In this document: one piece after another, positions 39,716-53,898 of the stretch
How positions within the stretch are numbered: position 1 is the first letter of the stretch
Layout: the number at the start of each line of letters is the position of its first letter
Assembly (NCBI GenBank): GCA_030704615.1
Contig: CM060732.1
Location: 66,836,001-66,900,000, forward strand
DNA length: 64,000 nucleotides
Direction: 5' to 3'
From: Takakia lepidozioides
Lineage: Eukaryota; Plantae; Bryophyta
Translations under genes and position numbers: made by a program
Notes under the pieces: model-generated
The model's input: the letters and a program-made list of their open reading frames with translations, nothing else
What the model was told of the DNA's origin: nothing
Database searches by the model: none

Positions 39716-40499
39716 TGGTCCGACAAGACATTCCCATTCATGTACCTTACTTCTATTCTAATTCTATTCAACTTGAGCTAGCATATAATTTTCTTATTGT
39801 ACCTCTTCCATATTTTCACTTTTTAGGAGGCCTTGGATGTAAATTAATTAGCAGTAGGTAGTAAGTTGGAGCGGAGAGGCCTAGACCCTCCCTTATATAC
39901 CTCTCAGGGGGCGGCCCAGCTGTCTCAGCTCACCTTCGCTGGTCTTCTAGAAGGCTGGTTCGCTCCAGGTGTGCGCATTCCCACAATGGGCCCTTGGATG
40001 TGGCTGGACACACGTCTTCATCCCATTGCCCTCCTGCTCTGTTCTACTGCACCCTTTCCTTTATCCCCTCCAATCATCTCTCCTTCATTGACTCGTCTTT
40101 TGATCGCTGGATGGTCCACCATCAAACTTTATTAATAAAGTTTAAAAAGTTTAAAAAATGCGTAAGGCCGTAGTTTCAGAACTCAAAGAACCTGTTGGAG
40201 ACATGAAGGTGGCTATACAGAGAAAAATGTCCATGGCTATAGAGAGAATGTCATGCTATACATAGATGAAAATGCCAAAACTTGTTATACATAAACCCAC
40301 TAGTCACTAAAATGCATGGTGATTGTTAGTAAATCTATGAGCAAGTGGAATGCAGGGGAGCTAGGTAGCTACGAGTTCATCCATTGGCATAAGTTTGGTT
40401 CTTTTTTAATCCATAGAGTCAGATTGCACGGGTTTAAAAGTGGCAAAATTATCAGCATTAGAAGCAATTTATGCACAAAAGAGGTCGTGAAACCACCGG

Positions 40500-41330
40500 A
40501 CGAACTATCGTAAAACATTTGAGCGATGTCCACCATTTCCAACTCTTGCACCATTGTTTTCCAGATACAACTAGTTCTGTGAAAATCCATCCTACTATTT
40601 TTGTAGGGCACCACCCATGCAGCTACAGGGTAAAACTGACCGGATTTTAACGTGTTGAGTAATACACGAGGTAAATTACCGGCAAGTTGTCTGCGCATTT
40701 TGTATTTGCTCCACATTTGTGCGCGCTCCAACACGTTCTGGTGTGTGAGGCCTACACGATTCTTTGTCGACAATGCACCATATGATAGTACCTTGGCAAG
40801 TTCGACACTCTTCTAACGAATATTTATTTATTTTGAGAATTCCATTTTGACATATAAAATATTCCCAAAAATACTCTATTATCATTCACAAAGTTTTTTA
40901 ATTTCACAAAATCAATTTCCAAAATTTTCAACAATCTTCGAAATATTAAAATTTGTGTCGAAATGGCCCTTATACTACGGTATTTGATATACAAGTCCAC
41001 ACCTTCCTGCATTTGGTTTGCACTTACATTTCTGTGTATAAATGTGAAACCTGGTTTATCGGCATTTTTGAGACAATATCCAACCATGTCTGTAAAAGTA
41101 TGAAGTCCTCTATCACAAAGAGTTTTACAGTGGACAAGATGTCCAGGTGGTGCAAGCTTCGGGTTATCCCACCCAATGTACTTTTTGATAAGCTTGTTTA
41201 ACATAATTAAACTCGACACATACAAATTGTAAACCATTTGCAAGTGCAAATAGAACAAATGCATGGCTACATGCGAGCCCTGCATTGATGAGCTGATGAA
41301 GCTTCGGCAAATACCAAGTGACCCTAGCTG
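40500..41330 (-). mobile_element. Replitron HUH-endonuclease transposase relic
   Basis: LHLQMV (HUH-type motif), LIKKYIGW, GLHTFTDMVGYCLK (catalytic Tyr) and KNRVGL...KSGQFYPVAAWV. Split by a MITE. Confidence 0.75.
40783..40980. mobile_element. Tc1/mariner-type MITE (TA TSD) in the Replitron ORF
   Basis: 26-bp imperfect TIR ending TTCGACAC, with TA at 40781-40782 and 40981-40982. Excision restores IKYGALSTKNR in frame. Confidence 0.8.
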
Positions 41331-44035
41331 ATGTCCGATGGATTATGGCTGATGGTAAATTGCTTATGGCTGATGGAAGGAATTTGAAAGATCAATCAAG
41401 TTAGTCAAGACGAACTTCGAATCACCAGAAAGGAAACTTTCAACTAAGGGCTACATTATTAGCAATGAACTTGAGTAGAATAATTGATTAAACTCCCTTC
41501 TAAGATAAGCATATAGGCTATAATTTATGTTACAATCCTTCATATGTGTGACCCAATACCCAAAGGAAGAAAAGCAAAACAAAGAGACGTACGTACAATC
41601 TTGCTCATATGCCTCACAAGCTCGTAGAAGCGGCCGAAGGTGGGCACCACATTCGCATGCCCACAAACATATTTTCACAAGATAACCTGAGATCTGGCAT
41701 AGAATACGCAATTGTTGTCATTGCTATTAGTACTACCACAAAATTGGGTTCAACCTCCACTACCAATGACTCCGTGGAAGAGAGTCATAAAAGCCATGGG
41801 CTCCATATGTTGTGATTGAAATAGTGTTGAAAGAGCCTCATCTTGTTGATCACTGATTGCTATGAGGTTAAGAGGCATCATGACAAACACACTTACTTGG
41901 GGCAAACCTTCGTTATTTTTGTTGTGTTAGCAGGACCCCAAGGGACTACATACATCCAAAAACTAACTTTGAGCAGTTGAAGCTAAAGAACATGTGAGTT
42001 AATCTGCCAATTGGGGTGACTTTACAATAGAATTAAGTAAGCAAAGGATGATGCTTACCTTAGAGGACTCTACAATCTTCTAGCAAATATGTCTCCTAAA
42101 AAAGATTCGCTAGATCTGCTTCATTTCACAATTGGCATGGCATGTCCCTAATATTAAACCCGTATGAAAAAGTCTATACTCGGCTTTGTATCAAGGTTCT
42201 TATTTAATGTTTACAAAATACTAGGCTTTGGGAGTCGAGTCGATGCAATCAACCTTATGTTTACACACAAGAATATGAAGAAATGAAACACAACAGCACA
42301 TTTCAAACATCCGTCTGCACCATAGCAAAACCGATTAACTTCGTCTCACCAAATAGGTTGTTGTTGTATTGACCTGCCATGCCTGAAATTCTAGCTCTGT
42401 ATCGTCAAAAAAACCGGTATGCAACTTTCTCACACGGCAACATGCGAGGATCCCAATGGAGACGAAGAGTAGGGTTGAAGGTCGACAGGAGGGTCCCGGG
42501 GCATAGAATAACAAAACTTACTTGTTTATAGCATCGAGCAAGCCATGGCAGCATCATCGCGCACAATCATAGTTTGTTGCCGCAATGGCATCATCACCAC
42601 CAAAGCATGCCACCGTGTCGTCACCATCATCTCCACACTCTCATCATCATTCCAAGATTTTTCATGGATTGTTTCCTCAAATATTCAGACGAGGGTTTGG
42701 ATTCGTATATTGTTCCAGCATCCACAACATTGCAGGCAATGCGGCATCCCTCAGCTCAGGCATGAAAATAACTTCCTTTTGCATGCATTGAAATGGATGT
42801 GAAAATGGATGACAATCACCCAACATAAATTTTGTGGTCCTGTGACAAGTGGGAGAAACCAATTGCGTAGTCTTTGCCTGAGGCAGGGCCAACAAAGTGT
42901 CACATCTTTCAAGTGCACACAACCAAGAAATAGCAATAAATTCTTTCATTTTCTATAAACATGCGACGTCGATATCTGCTGCATCCACGCCCACTGTAAC
43001 ACTTGCCGTTATAAACTTATCTCTACCCTCTGCCACTTTGGCGAGTCTCCCTCTTGTAGCCACTTTCATCCTACCTCCCATACTTAGGGCCCATCCTCAA
43101 GATAGGAAACAAATACTCACACTGGCTATCAAACAACTACTCATATAGGTTGAGACCACTTGAAACCACTAGTGACGCAGGTGCCTCTGACACTATGTTG
43201 AAGATACCATTTGTAAGCAAACTTGTGAGTTATTTTTCACCCCAACGATAATAGTAGAATTATCTAGAAAGTAGAACTATCTAGAAAATCAAGTGATGAA
43301 GATGGCTATACCATATGGCCATACGTACGCCCACCGACTCCACCCCATATTTGTGGGTCAGATGGCTATACCATATGGCTATACCTACCAACTAATCCGA
43401 CATTTGTGGGTGCGATTGCGAGCAACCGGCAAAACTCCTAGGTACCCAATTTGCTCCGTTCTTTCTGGTTTTGCTTTATAGGGTAGAAACACCAGTCATG
43501 GCGCATCTAACCAGTTAAACGAGCATAAATTGTTCTGACTTTTACCTATAAAGCCATGTAAGATATTAATAAAAAGCCCTTCAAATAGGCTAAATTTATG
43601 TAATTAGAAGTATCTTCCAATTTTGAGCTTTTATGACCTTAAAATGGGCCCGTAGGAAGGGGGTCAGTGGTTGCATGTGGCCCACCTGACCCTGACATGG
43701 TTCAAAGACAATGAGTCACCATGGTGGGTTCTGTGACACAACGAGACACCAATGTCGGCGCATTCTTCACTGTATGTTTGTTCGAGAACCGAGTACATTG
43801 CTCCCTTTGTGGCTTGGTGTGTGTCAATGATGGTTTACAACATGATACGCAAAAATAAGCAAAAACAAAAAAACCAAAATGGTAATCAGAAACACCACTT
43901 TGATATTATGGCTAATTTAACTTATCTGTTATAACCGAGCTGCAGCTAGGCCTACTGCGACTCTCACCAATCTGCTCAATCGAAGTGCATCAAGTCTACT
44001 CGCTCTTGCCATGGTCTCTTCTGCAGTACTTCACC

Positions 44036-45770
44036 TTAATTTAGGCTTGTATGCATTATCAAGCAGCACATCACCTCTAAAGAACTTAATGGAAATGTCA
44101 TCTTGTTCCTTGTCACATATTCAATTTTTTCTTCTTCTTGCCTGGCTGCAACTTTCGCTTCTCTCTCAAGTCGACGAGTAGCTGCTAGCATTTTTCTCTG
44201 ATTCGCTGTCAACAATTTTTGTGCTTGCTTGATCTCTCTTTCCTTTAACAAAGCTAGTTCTCGATTAGCTTTATCATGGACATGTGCTAGGTACTCTGCA
44301 GAAGTCAACAATGCACTACACGTATTGTCGTAATGTCTAGGATTTTGTCGATCGATGCTTGCAGACAAGACAATATCTGCACTAGTAGTCGATACGATCG
44401 CAAGACCTGCAAGACCTACCTGTTGCACAGGCTCCCTCACCACAATATCTGTAGTAGTCGATATGATCGCAACACCTCCCTGTTGCACGGGCTCCATGTC
44501 CACAATTCCAGCCATCTCAATTGTAGCCATTTCATTCAGAAATTGAGTCTCGGGAACAAAATTGTCTTCGAAAAATTGACTCATATCAGGCCTGTACACA
44601 TCTTCATTGCCCATCATGCTGGCACAAGTTGGTGTTTGTATGTTCTGTGCATCTGTCTGACCGCTGTCATGTGTGAAATCGGTATTTTCTCTCAGTGGCG
44701 GTAATTCTGCTGTAGCATCCAAACCGACGCTGGGAGCTATACATTCCAGTGGCCAAATTTCAGTCTTTCGAAGATCGGAGATGATATTTGATGGAGTGAA
44801 CGATTGTCTCAACGTTTGCATGCCAATTGGGCCAAGTGCTCTTTGTCAACTTCGCCTCCATGTTCCATCATGAACAAGCTTCGCTCCACTTTAAAATAAT
44901 GTTTAATGGGTCCGAAGTACGAAACATCTAAGGGCTGCAACTTATGCGATGTATGTGCCGGAACGGTTAAGATGTCGAGACCCATAGCTGCTGCCATGAC
45001 GATTGCCTGCTCAAAATGTGAGAGCCATGGTTGTTAAGTATCAACAAGTGTCGATTTGATAGTGAAATCCCACCTGGCACAGAAATGTATCAACCAATTA
45101 GCACACAACTCTGCAGTCATCCATGTTTTCTTTTGAAGAGCCATAGTTGCGCTCACCTCACATCCTACGATGAAGTTCCTTCGAGGAACTCTTGTTTTGC
45201 CTTTGAAAACATAAAAATTGGGAATTGCTTGCCCAACAACATTTACATAAGACAAAATAGTAACCCACTCTCTGGAGGCAGACAACACACCATAAACATC
45301 TCTGCTCTTTTTTTTGGCTAGTACACGCATGCCCAATGTTCTACCTGATTGTTTGGTGGTTGTCACACTTGCAAAACACGTTAGAAATTTGTTAGAGATG
45401 TAGCATGGAATTGTAAATTAAGCACATACAAAATTAGCATAGACAAAGTAGGCATACCATTTCGTATGCTAGATGGAGGGATGTGGAACTGTCGTGCAGC
45501 TTCCCGAATTGAATTTATCCAGCCATCATCAAGAACATCAACCGCTTTAGCCATTTGCTCTTTTGTCCACACCGTCTTTGTAATCAATCCACGTTGTAGC
45601 TTGTGTGTATTACTGGTAGGAAGATTAGACTGCACGTTGTTTGTAGATGGTGGAGATAGTGGAATGGGTTGGAGGATGCCGGTAGATGGTGAAGATAATA
45701 GAACAGGCTCGATGGTGGTAGATGGTGTCGATAGTGCATTGGCTCGTTGGAAGATGTAGGTGGAATTCAT
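44036..45770 (-). mobile_element. pogo/Fot1-like DDE transposase pseudogene
   Basis: psq-type HTH WTKEQMAKAV...SIREAARQFHIPPSSIR; REWVTILSYVNVVGQAIPNFYVFKGK; WMT; VPAHTSHKLQPLDVSYFGPIK. Confidence 0.85.
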
Positions 45771-46619
45771 TTGCTTATCTTTCCTTTCGATTTTTGTGTT
45801 GCTGCATGTAGTTGCACAGGTGGAGGTTCGTCATGACTTCTTCTACTCGATGTAAGCCCTGTGCGTCAACTGCTAGGGGCAATGCTATTATAGATACTAT
45901 ATTATTCTCTTAATATTTTCAACTAGATTCAACTAGATTCAATCTCCATATGTATTCTCCTACAACGTAAGCTCACACATTATTTGCCGCTACGTTGTCT
46001 TCCTCCTCACTTTACTGTCGATAAATGCACCAATATGCTGGAAATATACGTGGCTTCTTACATCTACAGTGCAAAGCATGATTCCTAAGTGCATCAATGG
46101 TAGATAGTTGTCGTTTAACATCAAGCTTGCAAGTACAATGTGCTGTAGCAGGGTACTTTTTGTACACACGTGAACGGAAGCACGTAGCTTCCGCGTTAAT
46201 CCACATTATATGTCTCTCACTGTAGCAATCTTCACAATAGCAAAAAACATATGGTGTTTCCAGCCCATTGTTGTCGATGAGGGAGGAGGAGGAGACGAGG
46301 AGGGCCAATGAAGTGGCCAAGATAGCGAAGCGCCTCAAAGAAGACGACAATGTAGAACAAACAGATGGAAGCGAACTGTCTCATTGACTTACTTATGTAG
46401 ATATGTGAACAAGCCATGCTGTTAATCAATGACTGACATGAGTTGTTTGTCTATCGAAGGGTGGCTACAGTTTCGTGCTTGATCCACGTGAATGTACAAT
46501 TAGAAGATGTCATTAATGTTATTCAAGGACTCTGAAATTTGAAAGATTAGCGGCAAGTTTGCAAATTGAAAGGTGAGAGCGGCAAGTCTTCAAATAAAGA
46601 TTTGCAGAGCTGAATCTGA

Positions 46620-47060
46620 GCATCTTTGAGCTATGTAGGTCCCAACTTAGTAATTTTGTACAGCTTTTGTGGTGGAGATATAATTTTTTTTGTTTCTAGT
46701 AAGGAAGTGATATAATCTTGTGATGGTGTAAGTTAGAGATTGGACTGTGGACACTCCTAAATTTGATCATGTGGTGGCCCATTAATTATCAAGATGACCC
46801 CATACATCTGTTTATGTATCTTATGTTGTGTGTGAATTCATCATCTTTGAGTTGTGCAAGTCCCAACTTAGTAATTTTGTACAACATTCATGGTGGAAAT
46901 ATGATTTTTTTTTTTGTTTCTAGCAAGAAAACGATATGATCTTATCATGTTGTAATTGCAGATTTGAGACTCCCCAATGTGATCCTATGGTGGCCCATTT
47001 ATTGTCCAGATGACCCCACTCACTTGACCCTATTATGATCTGTTTATGTGTGTTACGTAG
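46620..47060. repeat. ~220-bp degenerate direct duplication
   Basis: GTCCCAACTTAGTAATTTTGTACA at ~46639 and ~46860, with similar downstream sequence. Confidence 0.7.
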
Positions 47061-47623
47061 AGGCTGCGGAGTGCATTTAACAACGAGACACAAATAAAGT
47101 CTTTGTGGGCCATGGTGGGTGCGCATTGGGGCCATTTTACATGCATCTCTGATCCTAATCTAATGCTCGTATGCCTTAGAACTAATAGCTACTCGACACC
47201 AAAGGAGGGGTTTGCACCGCAATGGGTGGTTCTACCCTACCTTGCAAGCTAAATTACCCCTACCACACCCCTTTCCGTGCCACCTCATTTGTTGAACCCT
47301 CCATCTTTTTTTCTAGGACCTTTAAAAGAATCCCTCTTGAATGAAATTGCTCTACATATTTGCAAAATAGTAGGAACAAAAAATTACTAAAGATTATAAA
47401 TTTTACTATAAATAGTCATAAAAGGTGTAAAACTGTTTCAAGACTCATAGACATTGCGTTCAATTGTATGCGTATAGTCATCCATGATCAATGTAAGTTA
47501 CTTCATACAATACCCTACCATTCCAACACAACTACGGAGACAATGTCTTCCTCGGTACTTTATATGGCGACTTGGAGGAGGATTAAAAAGCATAATTCTA
47601 GGCCTATTGCACGTACAACTATA

Positions 47624-48522
47624 GCTTCTCATTGTTGAATAATTGGGAGTTTAAGGCTCATGTGTGAGCCAGGCAGCGGGCCCATGCACGGACGTCGGCG
47701 CCCCTGGGTGGGGGGAATGGGGATTTGGAAATTGTCGTGGATGTCGTTAATGCTGGTGTTATGGATGCCCGCCGCGATCCATGACCCGGCCATGTAGGTC
47801 TGCCCCCAGGTATGGTCTGCAGCGAGATTTGGCCCAGGTGGGTCTGCCGTGAGGATGGGTCTGCCACCAAGTATGGTATGCCGCGAGGTAGGGTCCGCAG
47901 GCCCTGACCCTAGGCGGCATTGGGGCTCATTGCGGCTGTTTTCTAGGTTAAGAGATTAAAAAAATATTGGGGTAGCAACAAGGAGCGGGTAGTGTGGTGG
48001 TTGGGTGCATTGAGTAGTATCTATGACGTAGTGGGTTCCGCTCTGGCTGCACTAAATGTGCATTAATGATGGTTTCGGCTGGCACTGTACGTGAATTAAT
48101 GACCATTTTTTTTATGGGCGAGTTTTCTCGCAAAAAATTCTAAGTCGTTCAGGCGGAATGCGGCACAAGAGCATACCATTCAGTTGGATCAAGACCTACC
48201 AGCAGCAGTGAGCAGACCCTACCCTTGAAGAGACCCGACCTGGCTCGTTAGCAGACCTTGAGTTTTCCCGCAAAAAATTCTAAGTCCCGTAGGCGGATTG
48301 CAGCACGATGAGCATACCATTCAGTTGGATCATGACCTACAAGCAATGAGCAGACCCTACCCTCGAGCAGACCCGACCTGACCTGTCAGCAGACCGTGAG
48401 CAGACCTGAATTGGCAACGAGGAGACCCGGACCCGCTGGATGGTCGCGAGCAACCCTAGCATGGGCCCGCTGCCTGGCTCAATCGTGAGCCTTAAACTCC
48501 CAATTATTCAAAAATGAGAGGC
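47624..48522. mobile_element. Non-autonomous TIR element (~64-bp TIRs) upstream of the TPK gene
   Basis: 47624-47687 is the near-perfect reverse complement of 48459-48522. Internal ~140-bp tandem duplication at 48121-48390. Outer ends and TSD are uncertain. Confidence 0.75.
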
Positions 48523-49940
48523 CAATACTATATGCCATTGCAGTAGCATATTATGAAACATAAGAGAGAAAACTCCTGCCCAACCCGGCGTAACTAGGAG
48601 CCACTTCACCTTGCAGCTAGTGGCCCTTTTTGGGGGGTGGGCCCTAAATGAAACATAATATGTTTGATCAGGACGTGCATAGCAACACAAGGCTGGAGCC
48701 TGGAATGCCACGCGCCTCATTTCGACTAGGCCAACCCACGTTGGCGGGGCCCCTCACAATCGTGAAGCAATGGCTTCTCCACAGCGCATCGATCCGCTCT
48801 TGGTTGGCAAAGCGGGGCGCCTCTAATTCATTGTCAGTAGCCTCGGATTTGAAGGTTTTTGCAGCTCACGCGTTAAGTTATGTGTGAGAGAGAGCGTAAC
48901 CTGGTTCTTCTAGGATGGGGTGTTTTTTGAAGTATATAGATCATTGTGTGTCTGAAGGATTTATGAGTTTCTGGGTTTGCGATGGGTTATGCGGGGAAGC
49001 AAGTTATCCTTTGTGGGATGATGTCATGTGAATGCCAGTCCTTGGAATCAAATTCAAAATCGCAGTAAATCGCATTGTCAACGACTGTTTGCGAGGACTA
49101 CGATAAGTTTGGACCCAGCTTCATATCATGTGGACTCGAAGACCCTAAGCTGGCTCCTGTGGAAGTGTACATTCAAGGGTATGTCTTAGGCAACTTTCTT
49201 ACGGAGTTGTCATCAGTAAAGCCTCAATTCCCCCTCCCTCGCTCCCTGCGTACCTGAAAGACTCAACTTTTTATCTCTTACTCGTGCTATTAATAACTCG
49301 CAGATCATGTCTAGTCCGGGATAGTGACTAATACAGTGGTGGGTGTGTTAATGCAAACGCCTTGCTCCCTGCATGTTGACTGCTTGAGCCCTGTGAGAGA
49401 GTGTAGACAGTTATACCCAGTGGAGGTCCAGGATCAATGTGAGCTAAATTTACTTCTGTTATGATCTTCTTTTGTTTGCTGTCGTTCTGCAGCATTAGTT
49501 GTATGGAAAGGTTTTATCGATTTGACCCCAAGTTAGGTCACTCTACTGTCTCTCTCTGTGCACGGGTCTTCTTTCTGAGAAGGAACTTGCAGTTACTTGT
49601 GTGCCGTGGGTGGTTCTGAGCCTTTTGTTTTATCGACTATGGAACCAAATTTTCTATTGGTTGGGTGGTACGTCTCTCTGTCTTGGACATAATTTACTTG
49701 ACAATAACCATGAGCTTTCTACCATCGAGAGAGAGGCTGGCAGAGGCATCTTGCAACTCTACTTGCAGTTCTTTGCCGCACCTGCTGTAAGGTTAAGGGT
49801 GTATCCATTTCTGACAGGTTTGATAGGGCCCACCCTCCAAGGGGAGCAGTAGCCGCAAGGCGAAGTGGCTCTTGGTTACGCCAGCTTTGGCCGGAGTCTT
49901 CATCTTCTTCTCTGACAGACTGTTTGAGACTCATACAGCT

Positions 49941-52636
49941 ATGATGGAAGATGGTTCGGGGTCAATGCTCAGCATCAACACAGGCAGCACAGGAAACAAC
50001 GGATTGGTTGCAGAATCAAAAAAGCAAGTTTCCATTTTGGAACCCCTTCTCCCAGACAAACAACAACCAACTGCCGCCAAGTCAGGTTCTAGAAATCATT
50101 CTGCTAGATTCCTGCGGCTCACCCACAGTGCACCAGGGATGAACCAAACCAATGACACCCAGACTCCAGAATTGAAGCTTCAAATTCCAGCTGCCAAAAC
50201 TCCAGCTCCCCTCTGTCATTTCAACAAGGACGGTGGCCTGTCACCACTTTTAACAGCATTATTTGGTCTTGGGATCTATCTGGTGGTAGGCATTGCTTGC
50301 TACTACTTACTGCAGAATGAATTAGTGGGTCCAACAACATCCTCTGTTGTGGACGTCCTCTATATGTGTATCGTGACAATGACGACTGTTGGATATGGAG
50401 ATTTGGTGCCCTCAAGCACTAGAGGAAAGATTTTCACATGTGTTTTTGTCTTTGTGGGGTTTGGTCTCGTTGGAGCACTACTCAGCGGGGCAGCAAATTA
50501 CCTTGTTGAAAAGCAAGAGAGGATTTTGGAGTGGGCAGTACACAAGAGGGAGAATCAGAAGGAGGAATTTCCACTGCAGTCTGATTTACTGGCAGCTCAC
50601 AGCAAGCTAGCAGTGTCAGGAGCCTTGGTCGTAGTTCTGTTTGTCGCCGGAGTTGCCGTCTTGATTTATTCTGAAGGCATGAGCTTTGTTGATGCTTTTT
50701 ATTGTGTGTGCATAACTGTCACTACTCTAGGCTACGGTGACAAGAGCTTCCACACTAGAGGTGGGCGCATTTTTGCAATCTTTTGGATTCTCTCCAGCAC
50801 AGTGTGTGTGGCTCAGTTCTTTCTGTATTTAGCAGAGGCCCAGACTGAAGAGCGCCGACATCATCTTGCCAAGTGGGCATTGACTCGGAGGACTACCTCA
50901 TCAGACTTAGAAGCTGCTAAAATTGATCGAGATCGTGATGTCAGGTTGCTCTCTCTCTCTCTCTCTCTCTCCGTAAAGCAGCACAAATCTCTTTCTTATC
51001 TTCCGTTTAAAGGAGAAATTTTGATAATCTATATTGTTCTACTTTGGATTATCCTTTCTTATACCAGAGTGGAATTTAGGGCTTTGTGTCTTCCACTATC
51101 ACCTATTGCATACGGCTAGGGCATACAGTCGCTTTCCAAACAGCTTGGTTTGCAGTAAATGTCAATGCTGGCACGTGAGCTGCTGCCTTTCTACTATATG
51201 AACAAGGGAGGAATAGCAGAACAATGGGTACTGTCACATCTCCTGACAAGAAGGGACTTTATGGTATCTTCTAGGCACTTTCCTAAGGTACCAGTGATGT
51301 TGACTTCAGCCGTGTTGGAAGTTTCACAGCCCCTTCCTATGCCGACGCTTTGGGTGGTTTTGGGCCAAGTGATCTCCCTTGCATGTCTGTACCGAAGTGG
51401 TTTTTTTCTTTCTGCTATTGGACATGATACGTTCATTTTTTGAAGCTAGGGCCTGCCATTCACCTCAAACAGCCTCCCCACATCATATGCATGTGGTGAT
51501 TTTTAGGACGGGTGCAGGTGAGGGCCACTCTTCTTCTCTGTGATTTCAGACAAGAAATTAAAAAAAAAACTTGTTTTGCAGATATGAGAAAGGCTGCTTA
51601 CCTGCAGTGAGCAACCAGTGTTATGGTGCCACTACTTCTGAGAGGACTTCATGAAAGAATAACCATAAGAGTGGGTTGTCCCCCTCCAGGGATGTAACCT
51701 ATACTAGAGGTTTCCATTGTTAGGTTAACGATATACTGCGGAGTCAATATATATCACACTGAGGTATGTTATCATGGGGACATTTCCAGAACCTAAGCTG
51801 TCCAACCTCTGAGCGCATGATCAAGTTTCTGCAAACCATATATGTGGAAAGTTTGCAAAGACATGGTATTTGAACATAATTTACTGGTTGACAATCTGCA
51901 TTACACAGAGCTATTTCCAACTCTCTTTCATGCTGCAGTATAGCAGTTCATGAAAAGCAATGAAGCATTCTGCCTACCTCTATGGCAAGTCTAATATGGG
52001 AGGGAAACCTGTATGTATGTCATGATTGATCATATACAGGCACACCACCACCTACCATGATCACCTCTATGGATATGGAGTCAGTGTTGAGTCTGGATCA
52101 AGAGGAGATATGAGGCTGTTGTTGTCTATAAATTTTGGATCTAGTCTGGAATAGTGAGATCCTGTCTTGTCAAGTATCTCTCCCACTACCGACTTGAGCC
52201 CCTCACAAAGGTAGTGTCTGTTCCCTGTTTGTTCCGCCCAAACTGGCGTGGGGTCTCTGGCCACAATGCGCAGCAAACAATGTCTTCTGACCACCACCTC
52301 TCCCTCTCTCACACCACGTCCTTTGGGCCTCTGATGGACATAATCTCCCTTCTTTCTTCTTTTCCTCTAATTTTCCACATTCATCATTCCAAGAAAAATG
52401 CCTTAAATCATGCTGCCCATGTGTGTTTTCAATTCCTTTGATTCTAAACAGTGAATTTTGTTGACAGAACTTCGGGACCTGGATGCTGTGCGGCTGAATT
52501 CGTCATATTCAAGCTGAAGGAGCTGGGAAAGATTGATGAGGATGATGTACAGGAGGTGTTAAAAGAGTTTGATTCTCTTGATTATGACGAGTCAGGCCGA
52601 TTGACAGTGTCTGATCTACTCCTCTCCTCAAGCTGA
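49941..52636 (+). CDS. TPK: Two-pore (tandem-pore) K+ channel, TPK/KCO family; exons 49941-50944 and 52468-52636
   Basis: Two pore loops, TMTTVGYGD and TVTTLGYGD; four TM segments; N-terminal RLTHSAP 14-3-3-type site; C-terminal AAEFVIFKLKELGKI and EF-hand DYDESGRLTVSD. Confidence 0.93.
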
Positions 52637-53898
52637 GTAGTATGGCCTTCCTGGGGTCTACTGTGACTGAGAGTGGCATGTAAGTTTATGGTTTGTACAT
52701 ACTCTTAATGTGTGAAGTGACGCAAGATGCTTCTACATGGGCCTGCGCATGTTTGTTACACTACAGAACACGTAGAATGGAGGGAGAAAGGTGTGTCTGG
52801 TTATATTGACAATAGGGAGCTAAGCACACAGTGACACAGAGAAAGGCTTCCTTTCAGTAACATGGGCCGATACAGCAGTAGCTGAGAGACTGGAAGGTGT
52901 TTCTGAACATCAACAGTTCAAACCTCAAGTCATCATTGGAAATCCTAGACCTGGACTAATTTGAACAGGAAACATTTATGCGATTTCTTATTATATCCTA
53001 TTCAGGCAATTTGAAGGGCCAAGGTGCCCTTTCCCTAGAAAGACCCCATCAAGAAAGGACCATCACTTTGATATGTTTGATAAAGTTTGCCCTTGTGAAC
53101 CCAACATGATTTGCATCTGAATCACTGGAAGATGAAGGAAGCTCCACCTTGTAGAAGTAAGATTATATAGGTGCTGCTCTAATGTGCAAACAGCCCATGT
53201 CTTCCAAGGACATTGAATGCCCACACATAAGTTGCAAGGTGTTGCCCATGCATTGTGTAACTCTAAACTTCTTAGTTCTAAGAAATACATAATCCATCTT
53301 CACCAAAACTTGGATCAATCTATGCCACAATTCAAAGTTGATGTTTGAGCTGACAAATGCAAGTATGATGTACTGATGGAGGATGGGACCTGAGTCAGGA
53401 GGGCTAGAGACAATGGAAAGGGTTCAAAATTCCACTACTGCTTACAGCAGGTGAAAGAACCAGCAAATGAGAATACCCACATTCAATTGCCACTATTGAA
53501 TTGGGATTTGCCATAGACAACCATGTACTGCAAATACTGATTCCTAAGTGCATTTGTGTTCTTCTCCGCATAAAAAAATCACATGCAAACTCAAGATGAT
53601 CTCCAGCATTGATTGTATACAAGTCTTACTGCAGAGGTCCATGGAACAAGGGCATGCATCTCCTAGTGACAGTTGACAAATTAACAGGGAACAACATGCC
53701 AGGAAAGCCGCAATCAAGTTGCTGTGCCAAAAAAGAGATTACTAGGTGGTACAAGACTCACCCACATTTGCTATCCATGTGCTAAGGGTTTGCAGAAGGT
53801 AAACAGTTGAAAGTTCAACCCTTCATCTGAAATTGAGACTTGAATTCTGAGTTTGATCAAAGGCGGGCCCCACTTCCCTGGTAAGTATTGAGCAACTC

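Noticed and set aside
42300-42950. Possible transposase fragment on the minus strand
   Set aside because: Too degenerate; no diagnostic motif that I can support.
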